A stretch of DNA of 64,000 nt from Myxococcota bacterium (GTDB lineage Bacteria; Myxococcota_A; Polyangia; Nannocystales; Nannocystaceae): contig JBCCHT010000002.1 of NCBI GenBank assembly GCA_039028615.1, positions 64,001-128,000 on the forward strand, in the 5' to 3' direction. A program made the position numbers and the translations under genes. The notes under the pieces were generated by a model, which worked only from the letters and a program-made list of their open reading frames with translations, searched no databases and had not been told where the DNA came from. Positions 39,111-48,676 of this stretch are shown one piece after another; the stretch's first letter is position 1; each line of letters starts with the position of its first letter.

Positions 39111-41801
39111 TCATGCGCTCAGGTGAGCCTCCAGGCTCGGGCCGGCGGCATCGAGGGCCGCGTCGAGACCGGCAAGCTTGGGCCCGCCCGCCTGCGCGAG
39201 CTCGGGGCGACCCCCTCCGCGGCCGTCGACGTGCTGCGCCAGCACGCCGACCAGCTTGCCCGCGTGCACCCGCGACTTGAGGTCCGGGGTCACGGCCACC
39301 AGCAGCATCGCCTTGCCGTTGGCCTCGGTGCCGAGCACCACGACCCCCGAGCCCAGGCGATCCCGTAGGGTATCGGCCGCACCGCGCAGGCTCTTGGGGT
39401 CGATCCCCGCCACCCGGCGGGTCAGCAGCCGCACGCCGGCCACCTCGACGACCTCGTCCGCCCCGGAGCCGCCCCCAGTGGCGAGCTTCTGCTTGAGCTG
39501 GTCGATCTCGCGATCGCGGGTCTTGATGTCGGCCTGGAGCTTGCCGATGCGCTCGGGCACCTCGGCCGGGTTGGGCGCGTGCAGCCGGGACGCCGCGTCG
39601 GCGGTCACTTCGGCCAGCTCCTGCACATGCGCCAGCGCGCCCATGCCCGTCACCGCCTCGATGCGACGCACGCCCTGGGCGATGCCCCCTTCACCGACGA
39701 TCGCGAACAGGCCGATGTCGCCCGCCCGCGAGACATGGGTGCCGCCGCAAAGCTCGACGCTGTCGTCGGCCAGCCGCACCACGCGAACCGTCTCGCCGTA
39801 CTTCTCTCCGAACAGGCCGATCGCGCCCTCGGCCTTGGCCTCGGGCATCGAAAGCTCCTTGGTGATGCTCGACGAGTTGCCCAGCACCATGGCGTTGACC
39901 CGGGTCTCGATGGCTCGGCGCTCATCGGCCGTCACCGCCCGGTTGTGGCTGAAGTCGAAGCGCAGCCGGTCGGGAGCGACGAGCGAGCCCTTCTGCACGA
40001 CATGCTCGCCGAGCTCGGCTCGGAGGGCGTGATGCAGCAGGTGGGTCGCGCTGTGGTTGCGCTTGATCGACTGGCGACGACCGTCGTCGACCTCGATCTG
40101 GAGGCTGGCGCCGACGGACAGCTCGCCCTCGACGACCTTGCCCGCGTGCACGTGCATGCCGGCGCGAGGCTTGGTGGTGCCCTCGATCTCGATGCGCACG
40201 CCCTTGCCCGTGATCACGCCGGTGTCCCCGACCTGGCCGCCGCTCTCGGCGTACATCGGCGTCCGATCGAACACGAGCTCGACGGCCTGCCCGGCCGAGG
40301 CGCTGTCGACCCGCGCGCCGTCGACCAGGACGGCCCGCAGCGTGGCGTCGGCCTGCTCGGCGTCGTAGCCGAGGAACTCGCTGTCCCCGACGTCCTCGTG
40401 CACCTCGAAGTAGATGTCGGCGATCGCCTCGCCGCCACCGAGCTGGGCTCCACGCCCGCCCCCGCCGCTCTGGCGGGCCCGCAGCGCGTCTTCGGCCGCG
40501 GCCTCGTCGAGGCTCAGCTCGTGCTCGCGCAGCATCACCGCGGTGAGGTCGATGGGGAAGCCGTAGGTGTCGTACAGCTCGGCCGCGACGCCGGGCTCGA
40601 ATGCCTGCTGGCTGCGGTCGTGCTGCTCGATGGCCTTGTGCAGCTTTCGGATGCCGCGATCGAGCGTGCGACGGAACAGCTCCTCTTCGCCGCGCACGAC
40701 CTCCTCGATCACCGCGGCGCGCTCCTGCAGCTCGGGGTAGACCTCGCCGAACACGTCGACGACCTTGCGGCAGACGTCGTGCATGAAGGGCTCGGCCAGG
40801 CCCACGTCGGCGCCATGACGGATGGCGCGTCGCATGATCCGGCGCAGCACGTAGGAGCGACCGGCCTTGTCCGGGAACACGCCGTCGGCCACAAGGAACG
40901 CGCTCGCTCGCGCATGGTCGGCGATGACGCGGAACGGAGCCTCGCCCGCATCACTGGGTGCACGCGATCCAGCGAGGCGCTTGGCCTCGTCGACCATCGG
41001 CGCGAGCAGGTCGCTCTCGTAGTTGCTCTTGGCCCCCATCACCGCCGCCGCGATGCGCTCGAGACCGGATCCGGTGTCGATGCTGGGCTTGGGCAGCGGC
41101 CGCATGGTGCCGTCGCCGGGCTTCTCGTACTGCATGAACACCAGGTTCCACAGCTCGACCCAGTCATCCTCGTCGAACGCGGGCCCGGTGCCGGGCTGGT
41201 CCGCCGTGACCGGCGCGGTGTCCCCCTTGAACAGGTGGATCTCCGAGCACGGGCCGCAGGGGCCGGTGTCGCCCATCTGCCAGAAGTTGTCCTTGGCCGA
41301 GCAGCGATAGATGCGACCGGCGGGAACGTGGCGCAGCCACATCTCGGCCGCCTCGTCGTCGGCAGGAGCGTCCTCGCCCGTCCCGTCGAACACGGTCACC
41401 GCCAGGCGCTCGGCGGGCAGGCCCAGCTCCTTGGTGAGGAAGGCCCAGGCCCAGTCGATCGAGTCCGACTTGAAGTAGTCACCGAACGAGAAGTTGCCCA
41501 GCATCTCGAACAAGGTCTGGTGACGCGGGGTGAAGCCCACGTTGTCCAGGTCGTTGTGCTTGCCGCCGGCCCGGACGCAGCGCTGCACCGAGACCGCGCG
41601 CGAGTAGGGTCGCTGCTCGCGGCCCGTGAACACGTCCTTGAACTGGTTCATGCCCGCGTTGACGAACAGCAACGTCGGGTCGTCCTGGGGAACCAAAGAA
41701 GAGCTGGGGACATGGGTGTGCCCATGCCCGACGAAAAAGTCCACGAAGCGCTGGCGAATCTGGGCCGCGGTCATCACGGCGCGCTGAGTCGAGTCAGCCA
41801 T
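39111..41801 (-). CDS. alaS: Alanine-tRNA ligase
   Basis: DPTLLFVNAGMNQFK, FEMLGNFSFGDYFK, ELWNLVFMQY, NHSATHLLH, ELCGGTHV, GGGRPELAQAGG; alternative start 41774. Confidence 0.97.
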   Translation of the reverse strand: MADSTQRAVMTAAQIRQRFVDFFVGHGHTHVPSSSLVPQDDPTLLFVNAGMNQFKDVFTGREQRPYSRAVSVQRCVRAGGKHNDLDNVGFTPRHQTLFEMLGNFSFGDYFKSDSIDWAWAFLTKELGLPAERLAVTVFDGTGEDAPADDEAAEMWLRHVPAGRIYRCSAKDNFWQMGDTGPCGPCSEIHLFKGDTAPVTADQPGTGPAFDEDDWVELWNLVFMQYEKPGDGTMRPLPKPSIDTGSGLERIAAAVMGAKSNYESDLLAPMVDEAKRLAGSRAPSDAGEAPFRVIADHARASAFLVADGVFPDKAGRSYVLRRIMRRAIRHGADVGLAEPFMHDVCRKVVDVFGEVYPELQERAAVIEEVVRGEEELFRRTLDRGIRKLHKAIEQHDRSQQAFEPGVAAELYDTYGFPIDLTAVMLREHELSLDEAAAEDALRARQSGGGGRGAQLGGGEAIADIYFEVHEDVGDSEFLGYDAEQADATLRAVLVDGARVDSASAGQAVELVFDRTPMYAESGGQVGDTGVITGKGVRIEIEGTTKPRAGMHVHAGKVVEGELSVGASLQIEVDDGRRQSIKRNHSATHLLHHALRAELGEHVVQKGSLVAPDRLRFDFSHNRAVTADERRAIETRVNAMVLGNSSSITKELSMPEAKAEGAIGLFGEKYGETVRVVRLADDSVELCGGTHVSRAGDIGLFAIVGEGGIAQGVRRIEAVTGMGALAHVQELAEVTADAASRLHAPNPAEVPERIGKLQADIKTRDREIDQLKQKLATGGGSGADEVVEVAGVRLLTRRVAGIDPKSLRGAADTLRDRLGSGVVVLGTEANGKAMLLVAVTPDLKSRVHAGKLVGVLAQHVDGRGGGRPELAQAGGPKLAGLDAALDAAGPSLEAHLSA

Positions 41802-42915
41802 ATTCGATCTCCATCTCGGAATCGCCCCCGTTGTCTCCTGCGGTCACGCCGCGGAAGTACAGGGCAAAATCATCGGGGTTGGTCGAAGCGGCGAGCGCCA
41901 TCTCGTAGGTGACCAGCTTGCGCTGCACCAGCTCGGTGAGCGATTGGTCGAACGAGACCATCCCGTAGGGGTGCGCGCCGTCGCGAATTGCATCCACGAT
42001 CTCCACCGTGCGGGTGGGATCGATGATCATGTCGCGGATGCGGGGAGTGTTGATCATGACCTCGACCGAGGGAATCATCCCGCGCCCATCCGCTCGCGGG
42101 ATGAGCCGCTGAGAGACGACCGCGGAGAGGATCGAGGCCAGCTGCAAGCGCACCGCGGTCTGCTGGTGCGAGGGGAACATCTGCACGATGCGGCCGATGG
42201 TCTCGGTGGCGTCGAGGGTGTGCAGGGTCGAGAACACCAGGTGGCCGGTCTCCGCCGCCAGCATGGCCGTCTCGATGGTCTCGAGGTCCCGCATCTCGCC
42301 CACCAGCACCACGTCGGGGTCCTGGCGCAGCGCGGCCCGCAGGGCCTTTTGGAAGCTGTTGGTGTCGAAGCCGATCTCGCGCTGGTTGACCACCGAGCGA
42401 CGGTCCCCGAACACGTACTCGATCGGGTCTTCGATGGTGATGATGTGGGCCGCGCGCTCGATGTTGATGACGTTGAGCAGCGAGGCCAGCGTGGTCGACT
42501 TGCCCGAGCCGGTGATGCCGGTCACCAGCACCAGGCCGCGGTGCTCGCGGGCCAGCTCCTTGACGCGCGAGGGGATGTTGAGCCGCTCGAAGGGCGGGAT
42601 GTCGCCCGCGATGACGCGCATCACCATGCCGCACTCGCCCCGCTGCCGGAACACGTTGACGCGATAGCGCAGTCCGTCGGGCGTCGCGTAGGCCAGGTCG
42701 ACCTCGTGCTCGCTCATGAACTTCTCATGAGTGTGCTCGCTCATGATGTTCATCGCGAACGTCATGATGACGTCCGAGGTCATCGGCGGGACATCCTTGA
42801 GCGTCCGCAACGAACCACGAATGCGGAACACCGGAGGGAGCCCGACCTTGAGATGAACGTCCGACGCACCCAGCTTGCGCGCCGCGCCCAGCACCCGGTC
42901 GAAGATCTCGTTCAT
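41794..42915 (-). CDS. PilT/PilU-family ATPase paralog
   Basis: ASDVHL, GITGSGKSTT, TIEDPIE, QRE, RQDPDVVLVGEMRD, TGHLVFSTLH. Confidence 0.9.
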   Translation of the reverse strand: MNEIFDRVLGAARKLGASDVHLKVGLPPVFRIRGSLRTLKDVPPMTSDVIMTFAMNIMSEHTHEKFMSEHEVDLAYATPDGLRYRVNVFRQRGECGMVMRVIAGDIPPFERLNIPSRVKELAREHRGLVLVTGITGSGKSTTLASLLNVINIERAAHIITIEDPIEYVFGDRRSVVNQREIGFDTNSFQKALRAALRQDPDVVLVGEMRDLETIETAMLAAETGHLVFSTLHTLDATETIGRIVQMFPSHQQTAVRLQLASILSAVVSQRLIPRADGRGMIPSVEVMINTPRIRDMIIDPTRTVEIVDAIRDGAHPYGMVSFDQSLTELVQRKLVTYEMALAASTNPDDFALYFRGVTAGDNGGDSEMEIEYG

Positions 42916-43298
42916 GGGGAGTGAAGGTAGCGGATCGGCGCGCCCCCGACCCACCCCCGTCGGCAACTCGCGTCGAGCGCAATGTCACCGGCCCGAGATC
43001 CCGCCCGTCTCTTATCGCAAAGGCCTGAGATTCATGGTGTTTTCAGCGCGCAGCGATGCCCCCCAGGGCCATGCGAGCCCCGACGCGTCCCCAGGTGCAG
43101 CCCTGCGGACGAGGCTCAGTTGGCTTGTCGACGCACTCGATCGCCGACAGCGATTTCCACAACGAGGGGTGCTCAAAGCAGACCGCCCCGCCGCCGCGCT
43201 TGCCCTGGCTCGCTTGTCGGTTGATGTCGGCCACGCGCACCCAGTCGCCCGTGGTGGGGCTCGCGCAGGGCATCTCGATTTCACGCGGCTTGAAAATC

Positions 43299-44171
43299 TC
43301 AGCCGCAGCAGCACCGAATCGCGCCTTCGAAACCGAGCGGCCCGGGTAGCGCCGTATCGCACTCGAGCGGCTGCACTTGTCCGGCTTGGACCTTCTCGCA
43401 GGTCCGTGGGCTCAGGTAGACCATCGACGTCTCACCGAGACAGCCCCCGTCCGCACACCGAGACCCCGTGACGGCACAAACCTCGTTGCAGGTGGAGAAT
43501 GCGGTTGGATCGAAGCACTCGCTCCAAAACGGACGGCACTGCCCGCCCTCGCATCCCCCCGTCATCCCCCAGTTCCCGAGCACGTAGGCGGCACAGGGGC
43601 TGTCGCAGGCGTCGCAGTGGAGGCTCGAGGTCTGGATGTCGACACACTCGCCGTCGCACGCCACGTTGCGCAGGCCTCCGCACACGGCCCGAACATCGAT
43701 CGGGGCGGAGACCTCGAGTCCGGCCTCGTCGACGAAGCGCGCAACGAAGGGCACCGCCAGCTCGTCGGTGAACGAAAGGGGCCAGCGCTCGTGCACGTCG
43801 GTCCAGCTCACCGTGATCGTCCAGCGTCCGCTGAGGCCCGGCTCGAAGGTCCCGAACAGGGATCCCGTCTCCGGGCCGTAGAGTTCACCGAGGCTCACGT
43901 CGTCGTTGGGGTCGAGGACCACCGCGGTGATCACCACCGACTCCGCCTCGCGCAGGAGAGACACGTCGAAGCCGACGTCGATCACCTCGGGCGGCGCATC
44001 GGGGATGCTGCTGGAACTCGAGGTCGAGTCGGCGACGGCGCCCGCGGACCCGCCCGTCTCGCCCGTCGAATCCGTAGACGCGGGCGCGGGCTCGTTGCCC
44101 GACGAGCCGCCGCAGGCCAGCCCGATCGCGAGACCGAGCCCAATCCACGGACGATGGAGCGACGCACGCAC
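43299..44171 (-). CDS. Cys-rich lipoprotein with a myxobacterial STIG1/MXAN_6577-like motif
   Basis: LAIGLAC lipobox, S/T linker, CDGECVDIQTSSLHCDACDSPC, ends CCCG. Confidence 0.75.
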   Translation of the reverse strand: MRASLHRPWIGLGLAIGLACGGSSGNEPAPASTDSTGETGGSAGAVADSTSSSSSIPDAPPEVIDVGFDVSLLREAESVVITAVVLDPNDDVSLGELYGPETGSLFGTFEPGLSGRWTITVSWTDVHERWPLSFTDELAVPFVARFVDEAGLEVSAPIDVRAVCGGLRNVACDGECVDIQTSSLHCDACDSPCAAYVLGNWGMTGGCEGGQCRPFWSECFDPTAFSTCNEVCAVTGSRCADGGCLGETSMVYLSPRTCEKVQAGQVQPLECDTALPGPLGFEGAIRCCCG

Positions 44172-44215
44172 GAGCGAGGACCATCGTAGCCCGAGCCCTG
44201 GTACCGTAGGTGGGC

Positions 44216-45334
44216 ATGTCGATCCCGGCCGTAGCCCTGGCGCTGGCGACGGGCGGGCTGGTCCCCGCCGGGCCCGCCACGGTCAGCACGGCCAATGTCG
44301 CCGCCGATTGCCAGTGGCCGAGCGTGGTCTCCTATCGGGCGGGCGAGAACAAGTGCAGCGGGATCCTGGTGCACCCCCGACTCATCGTCACCGCCGCCCA
44401 CTGCCTGGCCGACGCCGGCCCGGGCAAGGTGCGCTTCGGCGAGCAGTTCCAGCCCGCCCGCCGTATCGTGGACACCGAGCGCTGCGCCATGCACCCCGAG
44501 TACGTGAAGACCGGCGCCCCCTCGGCCGACCTGGGGTACTGCGTGTTGGTCGAGCCCGAGGACGACATCCCGCTCACGCCGCTGACCACCGCATGCGAAA
44601 ACGGACAGCTGCAGGAGGGCCAGCACGCGGTCATCGTGGGGTTCGGCGCGACCGAGCAGGACCCTCACTTCGGCACCAAGCGCTACGCATTCACCGTGCT
44701 CGACAGCGCGGTGCGCAGCGACGGCACGGTCTGGGTCGGTGACGCCCTGGTCAACGGCTGCCTGGGCGACTCGGGCGGTCCTTCGTTCGTGCAGCGAGCC
44801 GACGGCACCTGGCACGCCCTCGGCGTGCTGGCCTACGGCCCCGAGTGCGGCCAAGGACCCGTGCTCTATCGAACGCTGAGCGACCGCATCGATTGGCTCG
44901 AAGCGGAGACTGGCTTCGACCTCGCGCCCTGCCTCGGTGAAGGCTGCGAGTCGATCGCCTCCGACCCGCTGGAGCAGGATCGAAGCTGGGTCGACGGGTG
45001 CGAGGGCGCACGGGTGCCGCCGCCCGCTTGTGTCCCCGCGGATTCACCCGCCCCCGACTCCGAGGGTTCCACCACCGAGGACGACGGCGGCTCCGAAGGT
45101 TCGTCACAGAGCACCGCCGCCGCAGCGGACGACTCGGCCACGGGATGCCAGTGCCGCAGCTCGGCTGGACCCGACGAACGAGCCCCCACGGCATGGTGGG
45201 GGCTCGCGATCCTCGGCTACTTCGGGCGGCGACGGCTCAGCTCGGCCACCAGGTGCCGTGGAAGCCGTGCGGCACCCGACCGGGCAGCATCACCCGCCCC
45301 ACCGGTCCCGCGCGCAGGTTCGTCGCGTCCATGA
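44216..45334 (+). CDS. Secreted trypsin-like (S1) serine protease with MYXO-CTERM-like anchor
   Basis: TAAHC, ADLG, GDSGGP; GCQCRSS...WWGLAILGYFGRRR. Confidence 0.88.
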   Translation: MSIPAVALALATGGLVPAGPATVSTANVAADCQWPSVVSYRAGENKCSGILVHPRLIVTAAHCLADAGPGKVRFGEQFQPARRIVDTERCAMHPEYVKTGAPSADLGYCVLVEPEDDIPLTPLTTACENGQLQEGQHAVIVGFGATEQDPHFGTKRYAFTVLDSAVRSDGTVWVGDALVNGCLGDSGGPSFVQRADGTWHALGVLAYGPECGQGPVLYRTLSDRIDWLEAETGFDLAPCLGEGCESIASDPLEQDRSWVDGCEGARVPPPACVPADSPAPDSEGSTTEDDGGSEGSSQSTAAAADDSATGCQCRSSAGPDERAPTAWWGLAILGYFGRRRLSSATRCRGSRAAPDRAASPAPPVPRAGSSRP

Positions 45335-46823
45335 TCACCAGCTGGCTGCGGTCGGCCTTCGGGTCGTAGCCGTAGCCCACCAGCCAGCCTTCGTCCTCGC
45401 CCGCGCCCGGGGAATCGGGCACGAACACCAGCTCGCTCAGCTCCAAGCCGTCGGCGAACTGATGGGTCTGCACCATGCCCGTCTCGAAGTCGTACTTGCG
45501 CACCAAGGTGGACTGCAGCGGCGGCCGCCCCTTGTCGCGAGGATCGAGCGAGATCGCGTAGCCATAGCGGTTGTGCAGCCCCTGGCGGCGCGGGTCGGTG
45601 CGCGGGAACTCGCTCTGGCGGTCGTCGACGAGCTGGCGGCTGGCCGTGCCCGTGGTGGGGTTGATGGTGAAGCGCTCCACCGTCGAGTCGTCGGAGAACT
45701 CGTCGGTCCCCGTCGCCCACAGGTCGGGGTACCAGACTGCATCGAGCACCACGTTGCCCATCGCGTCCTCGTGGGCATTGAAGGTGTGGAACGCAAAGCC
45801 CACCTCGATCTCGGCCCAGATGACGTCCCCGGCCCCGCCGTTGCGCGGCATCAGGCCGATGCGCGCGCCGTTGCTCGGCTGCCAGGAAAACGGCAACGTC
45901 GCCCCGGCGGCGACCAGGTCGAGGTCGAACAAGATCGGCAGATCCATGAACACCACGTAGTTCGCGGTGATCTGGAAGTCGTGCATCATGATCGGGGCCG
46001 GCAGCGCGATCTCTTCGGAGCGCATCAAGGCGCCCTTGGCATCGACCACCCGCAGGCGTGCCCGCGGATCGATGAGGTCGTAGCCAAAGAACACCATCTC
46101 CCCCGTGGTGGGGTCGATCTTCGGGTGGGCACACATCGGAGACGACACCGCGCCCCCGAAGTCGTGCAGCCCCACCGTGGCCAGGTCCGCGTTCAGCTCG
46201 TACGGCAGCCCCGTCTCCTCGATGGCCAGCAGACGGCCGTCGTGCACCACCAGCGAGGTGTTCGCGCGATGGTTGGCGACGTCGAAGGGGTCACCGAGTT
46301 TGTCGGCGCCCAGCTGCGGCGTATCGATGTAGCGCGACCGGTACCACTGCGCCGTGCCGCCACCGAGTTGCACGCCGTGGACCATGCCGTCACCGAGGAA
46401 CCAGTGCTCGGTGCAGCCCGACAGCGGGTTGGGCCCGTTACGCACATACAGGCCTTCGAGCGCCGCGGGGACAGTGCCTTCGACGGGCAGATCGGTCGCT
46501 TCGCTCTCCTCGACGGGCGCGTAGTTGTCCACCAGCCACCACGCCTCGGTGTCACACTCGTCGATGTCCTCGCCCGTACTGCCCTCCGAGCTCGACTCGC
46601 CGCCCATGCTCCCGGAGCTGTCCAGGCCCGAAGTGGAGCCCATGGCCCCGCTGCTGCCCGTGCCGGGCTCGCCACCGTCGCTGCTGCCCGCGACGCCGCT
46701 GCTGCCCGAGCTGCCCGCTCCCGTGCCGCCGCTGCCATCGTCGCCACAGGCCGACAACACGCCGAGGCCGACACCCTGGGCGCCAAGTAGATGCATGAAC
46801 TCGCGACGTCGAACTCGTTTCAT
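45237..46823 (-). CDS. Carotenoid-cleavage/RPE65-family dioxygenase with Tat lipoprotein signal
   Basis: RNGPNP, HWFLGDGMVHG; four Fe-His motifs (AHPK, MHDF, FHTFNA, HGFHG); EFP; N-terminus MKRVRRREFM...LSAC then Gly/Ser linker. Confidence 0.9.
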   Translation of the reverse strand: MKRVRRREFMHLLGAQGVGLGVLSACGDDGSGGTGAGSSGSSGVAGSSDGGEPGTGSSGAMGSTSGLDSSGSMGGESSSEGSTGEDIDECDTEAWWLVDNYAPVEESEATDLPVEGTVPAALEGLYVRNGPNPLSGCTEHWFLGDGMVHGVQLGGGTAQWYRSRYIDTPQLGADKLGDPFDVANHRANTSLVVHDGRLLAIEETGLPYELNADLATVGLHDFGGAVSSPMCAHPKIDPTTGEMVFFGYDLIDPRARLRVVDAKGALMRSEEIALPAPIMMHDFQITANYVVFMDLPILFDLDLVAAGATLPFSWQPSNGARIGLMPRNGGAGDVIWAEIEVGFAFHTFNAHEDAMGNVVLDAVWYPDLWATGTDEFSDDSTVERFTINPTTGTASRQLVDDRQSEFPRTDPRRQGLHNRYGYAISLDPRDKGRPPLQSTLVRKYDFETGMVQTHQFADGLELSELVFVPDSPGAGEDEGWLVGYGYDPKADRSQLVIMDATNLRAGPVGRVMLPGRVPHGFHGTWWPS

Positions 46824-46954
46824 TACCCCAATCCTTCCGAAAGCCGAGGGTGTTGGACCACGTCGCATGGGGGCCACACAAGGCAATACAACGCTGAACC
46901 GGGCCCGGTGCCGATGAGCTTGCACGTCGAATCAACGGAGCGTTCAATTGAGCC

Positions 46955-48508
46955 GTGATGCAGACGGACACGGATCGACGATTGAGACGCGCACTGCTGT
47001 TGGCCACCGTCGGGTCCTTGGCATGCTCGGCCGATCGGCCCGGGTCCGCGACTCCGATTCCGCTGTCGGCCCCTGTACCGCCGCTGGCCGACGTCGTATC
47101 GGAGCCCACGGAGTACGCCGCTCAGACCCCGTCTGCGACCGCAGGCGAGGCGTTCTTCTCCCACTACGGTGTGGGCGACCCCTATGCGGCGGGCGTGCCC
47201 TACCCCGTGTTCCTGGCACTGCGCGCGCTGTATCCCGAGCGGCTCGGTCGGGATTGGCTCGAGTTCTCGGCCCAGTACGGAACGATTCCCAACCGCGAGC
47301 GACCCACCGATCCCGACGCGTTGCCGGTCGGCTTCCACCTCGCGACCGACCCGATCACGCGCGTCGACTTCCTGATGATCAACTGCCACCTGTGCCACGC
47401 CGATCTGGTGGAGGCCGATGGGCGGCAAGTCTTCATTGCCGGCATGGGCAACCGAACGCTACGGCTGCACGCCTACGACGACGCCTTCGTGCGCATCGGC
47501 CAAGACGACGACCTCCGGGTCGGCCGCCTGCTCGCCGCGACCACGGCCGCCGCGAAGGACCACGGCTTGGCGTGGCCGCCCGATCACCGCCGCCCGATCG
47601 TCTCCGAGACGCTCCGCAAGGTCCGGCATCGGGCCGAGATCCGGGGCGCCGACAGTGCCCGCCTCGCCGCCGGGTTGCCGGGGCGCGTCGCCACCATCGA
47701 GGGCTTCATGCTCGCCCTCAACGAGCAATACGACGCGCAGCTCGAGCTGCCGTCCACCATCGGCTGGGCCAAGATTCCCGACGTCGCCACCTGGCGCTAC
47801 CGCGAGACCAACAGCTTCGATGGCGTGAGCACGGGCGCCCCCGTGGCCATGGTGGCGGGGGCCGACTTCGCGTTCGGGGTGCGCCCCCAGTGGTATCTGG
47901 GGCACCAACACATCGCCACCAGCATGTTCTTGTACCTGCGGGGCTTTTCCCGAGACCTCGAGTTCCCCGGCCCCATCGACGCCGCGCTGGCGAAGTCGGG
48001 CGAGGGGCTCTTCGACGAGCACTGCGCGGGCTGCCACGGGGACTACTCCGGTCGCTACGTCGGCTACGAAGAGCAGGTCGTGCCGCTCAGCGTCGTGCAG
48101 ACCGACCCGGCCCGCATCGAGGCAGTGACGCCCGCGTTCGCGAAGACGGCCGATGGCATCGAGGAGACCCGCGGGTTGGTGGTCACCCATGCCAGCGACG
48201 GCTATGTGCCGCGTCCGCTCGTCGACGTCTGGGCGCGGGGGACCTACGGCCATGCCGGTCAGTGGCCGGACCTCGCCACTTTGGCCACGCCGCCCGAGCA
48301 ACGACCGCAGCGCTTCGTCGTCGACCTGGGCGCCCCGCTCGACCTCGAGCGCGTCGGGGTTGCGTGGTCGGCCAACGGCTCGGAAGGACCGCAGCGTCAC
48401 GTCTACGACGCTCGCGTGCCCGGCTACGGCAACGGCGGGCACGAGTTCCTCAGCGACCTCGCCTCCGAAGAGCGCCAGGCCGTCCTGGAGTACCTCAAGA
48501 CCCTCTGA
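46955..48508 (+). CDS. Di-heme c-type cytochrome lipoprotein, RoxA-like / CCP-MauG superfamily
   Basis: LAC lipobox; CHLCH (47384-47398) and CAGCH (48023-48037); TDPAR, YVPRPLVDVWA, GYGNGGHEF..ERQAVLEYLKTL. Confidence 0.8.
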   Translation: MMQTDTDRRLRRALLLATVGSLACSADRPGSATPIPLSAPVPPLADVVSEPTEYAAQTPSATAGEAFFSHYGVGDPYAAGVPYPVFLALRALYPERLGRDWLEFSAQYGTIPNRERPTDPDALPVGFHLATDPITRVDFLMINCHLCHADLVEADGRQVFIAGMGNRTLRLHAYDDAFVRIGQDDDLRVGRLLAATTAAAKDHGLAWPPDHRRPIVSETLRKVRHRAEIRGADSARLAAGLPGRVATIEGFMLALNEQYDAQLELPSTIGWAKIPDVATWRYRETNSFDGVSTGAPVAMVAGADFAFGVRPQWYLGHQHIATSMFLYLRGFSRDLEFPGPIDAALAKSGEGLFDEHCAGCHGDYSGRYVGYEEQVVPLSVVQTDPARIEAVTPAFAKTADGIEETRGLVVTHASDGYVPRPLVDVWARGTYGHAGQWPDLATLATPPEQRPQRFVVDLGAPLDLERVGVAWSANGSEGPQRHVYDARVPGYGNGGHEFLSDLASEERQAVLEYLKTL

Positions 48509-48511
48509 GGG

Positions 48512-48536
48512 CGTCTACCGTCGCCCACGGTAGGCG
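48512..48536 (+). terminator. Hairpin right after the cytochrome stop (no U-tract)
   Basis: CGTCTACCGT-cgccc-ACGGTAGGCG. Confidence 0.35.
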
Positions 48537-48676
48537 TAGGTCTCCTACCGATCTGAAAAACTCGTGATCCGCTCGGGCCCCGGCGGACTCTTGGGCGGTG
48601 GATCCCACTTCGGGCACCTCGCTGCCCGTGCTCCTCGTCGCCGATCTCCACGATCGATGCGATAGGCTCCGCCTCG

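Noticed and set aside
39579..41912. 777-aa plus-strand ORF
   Set aside because: Antisense shadow of alaS.
42916..43298. ~380-nt gap with a 76-aa minus ORF (43043-43273); possible ncRNA or small gene
   Set aside because: No convincing RBS, motif, terminator or recognisable RNA family; it cannot be supported without an Rfam or expression check.
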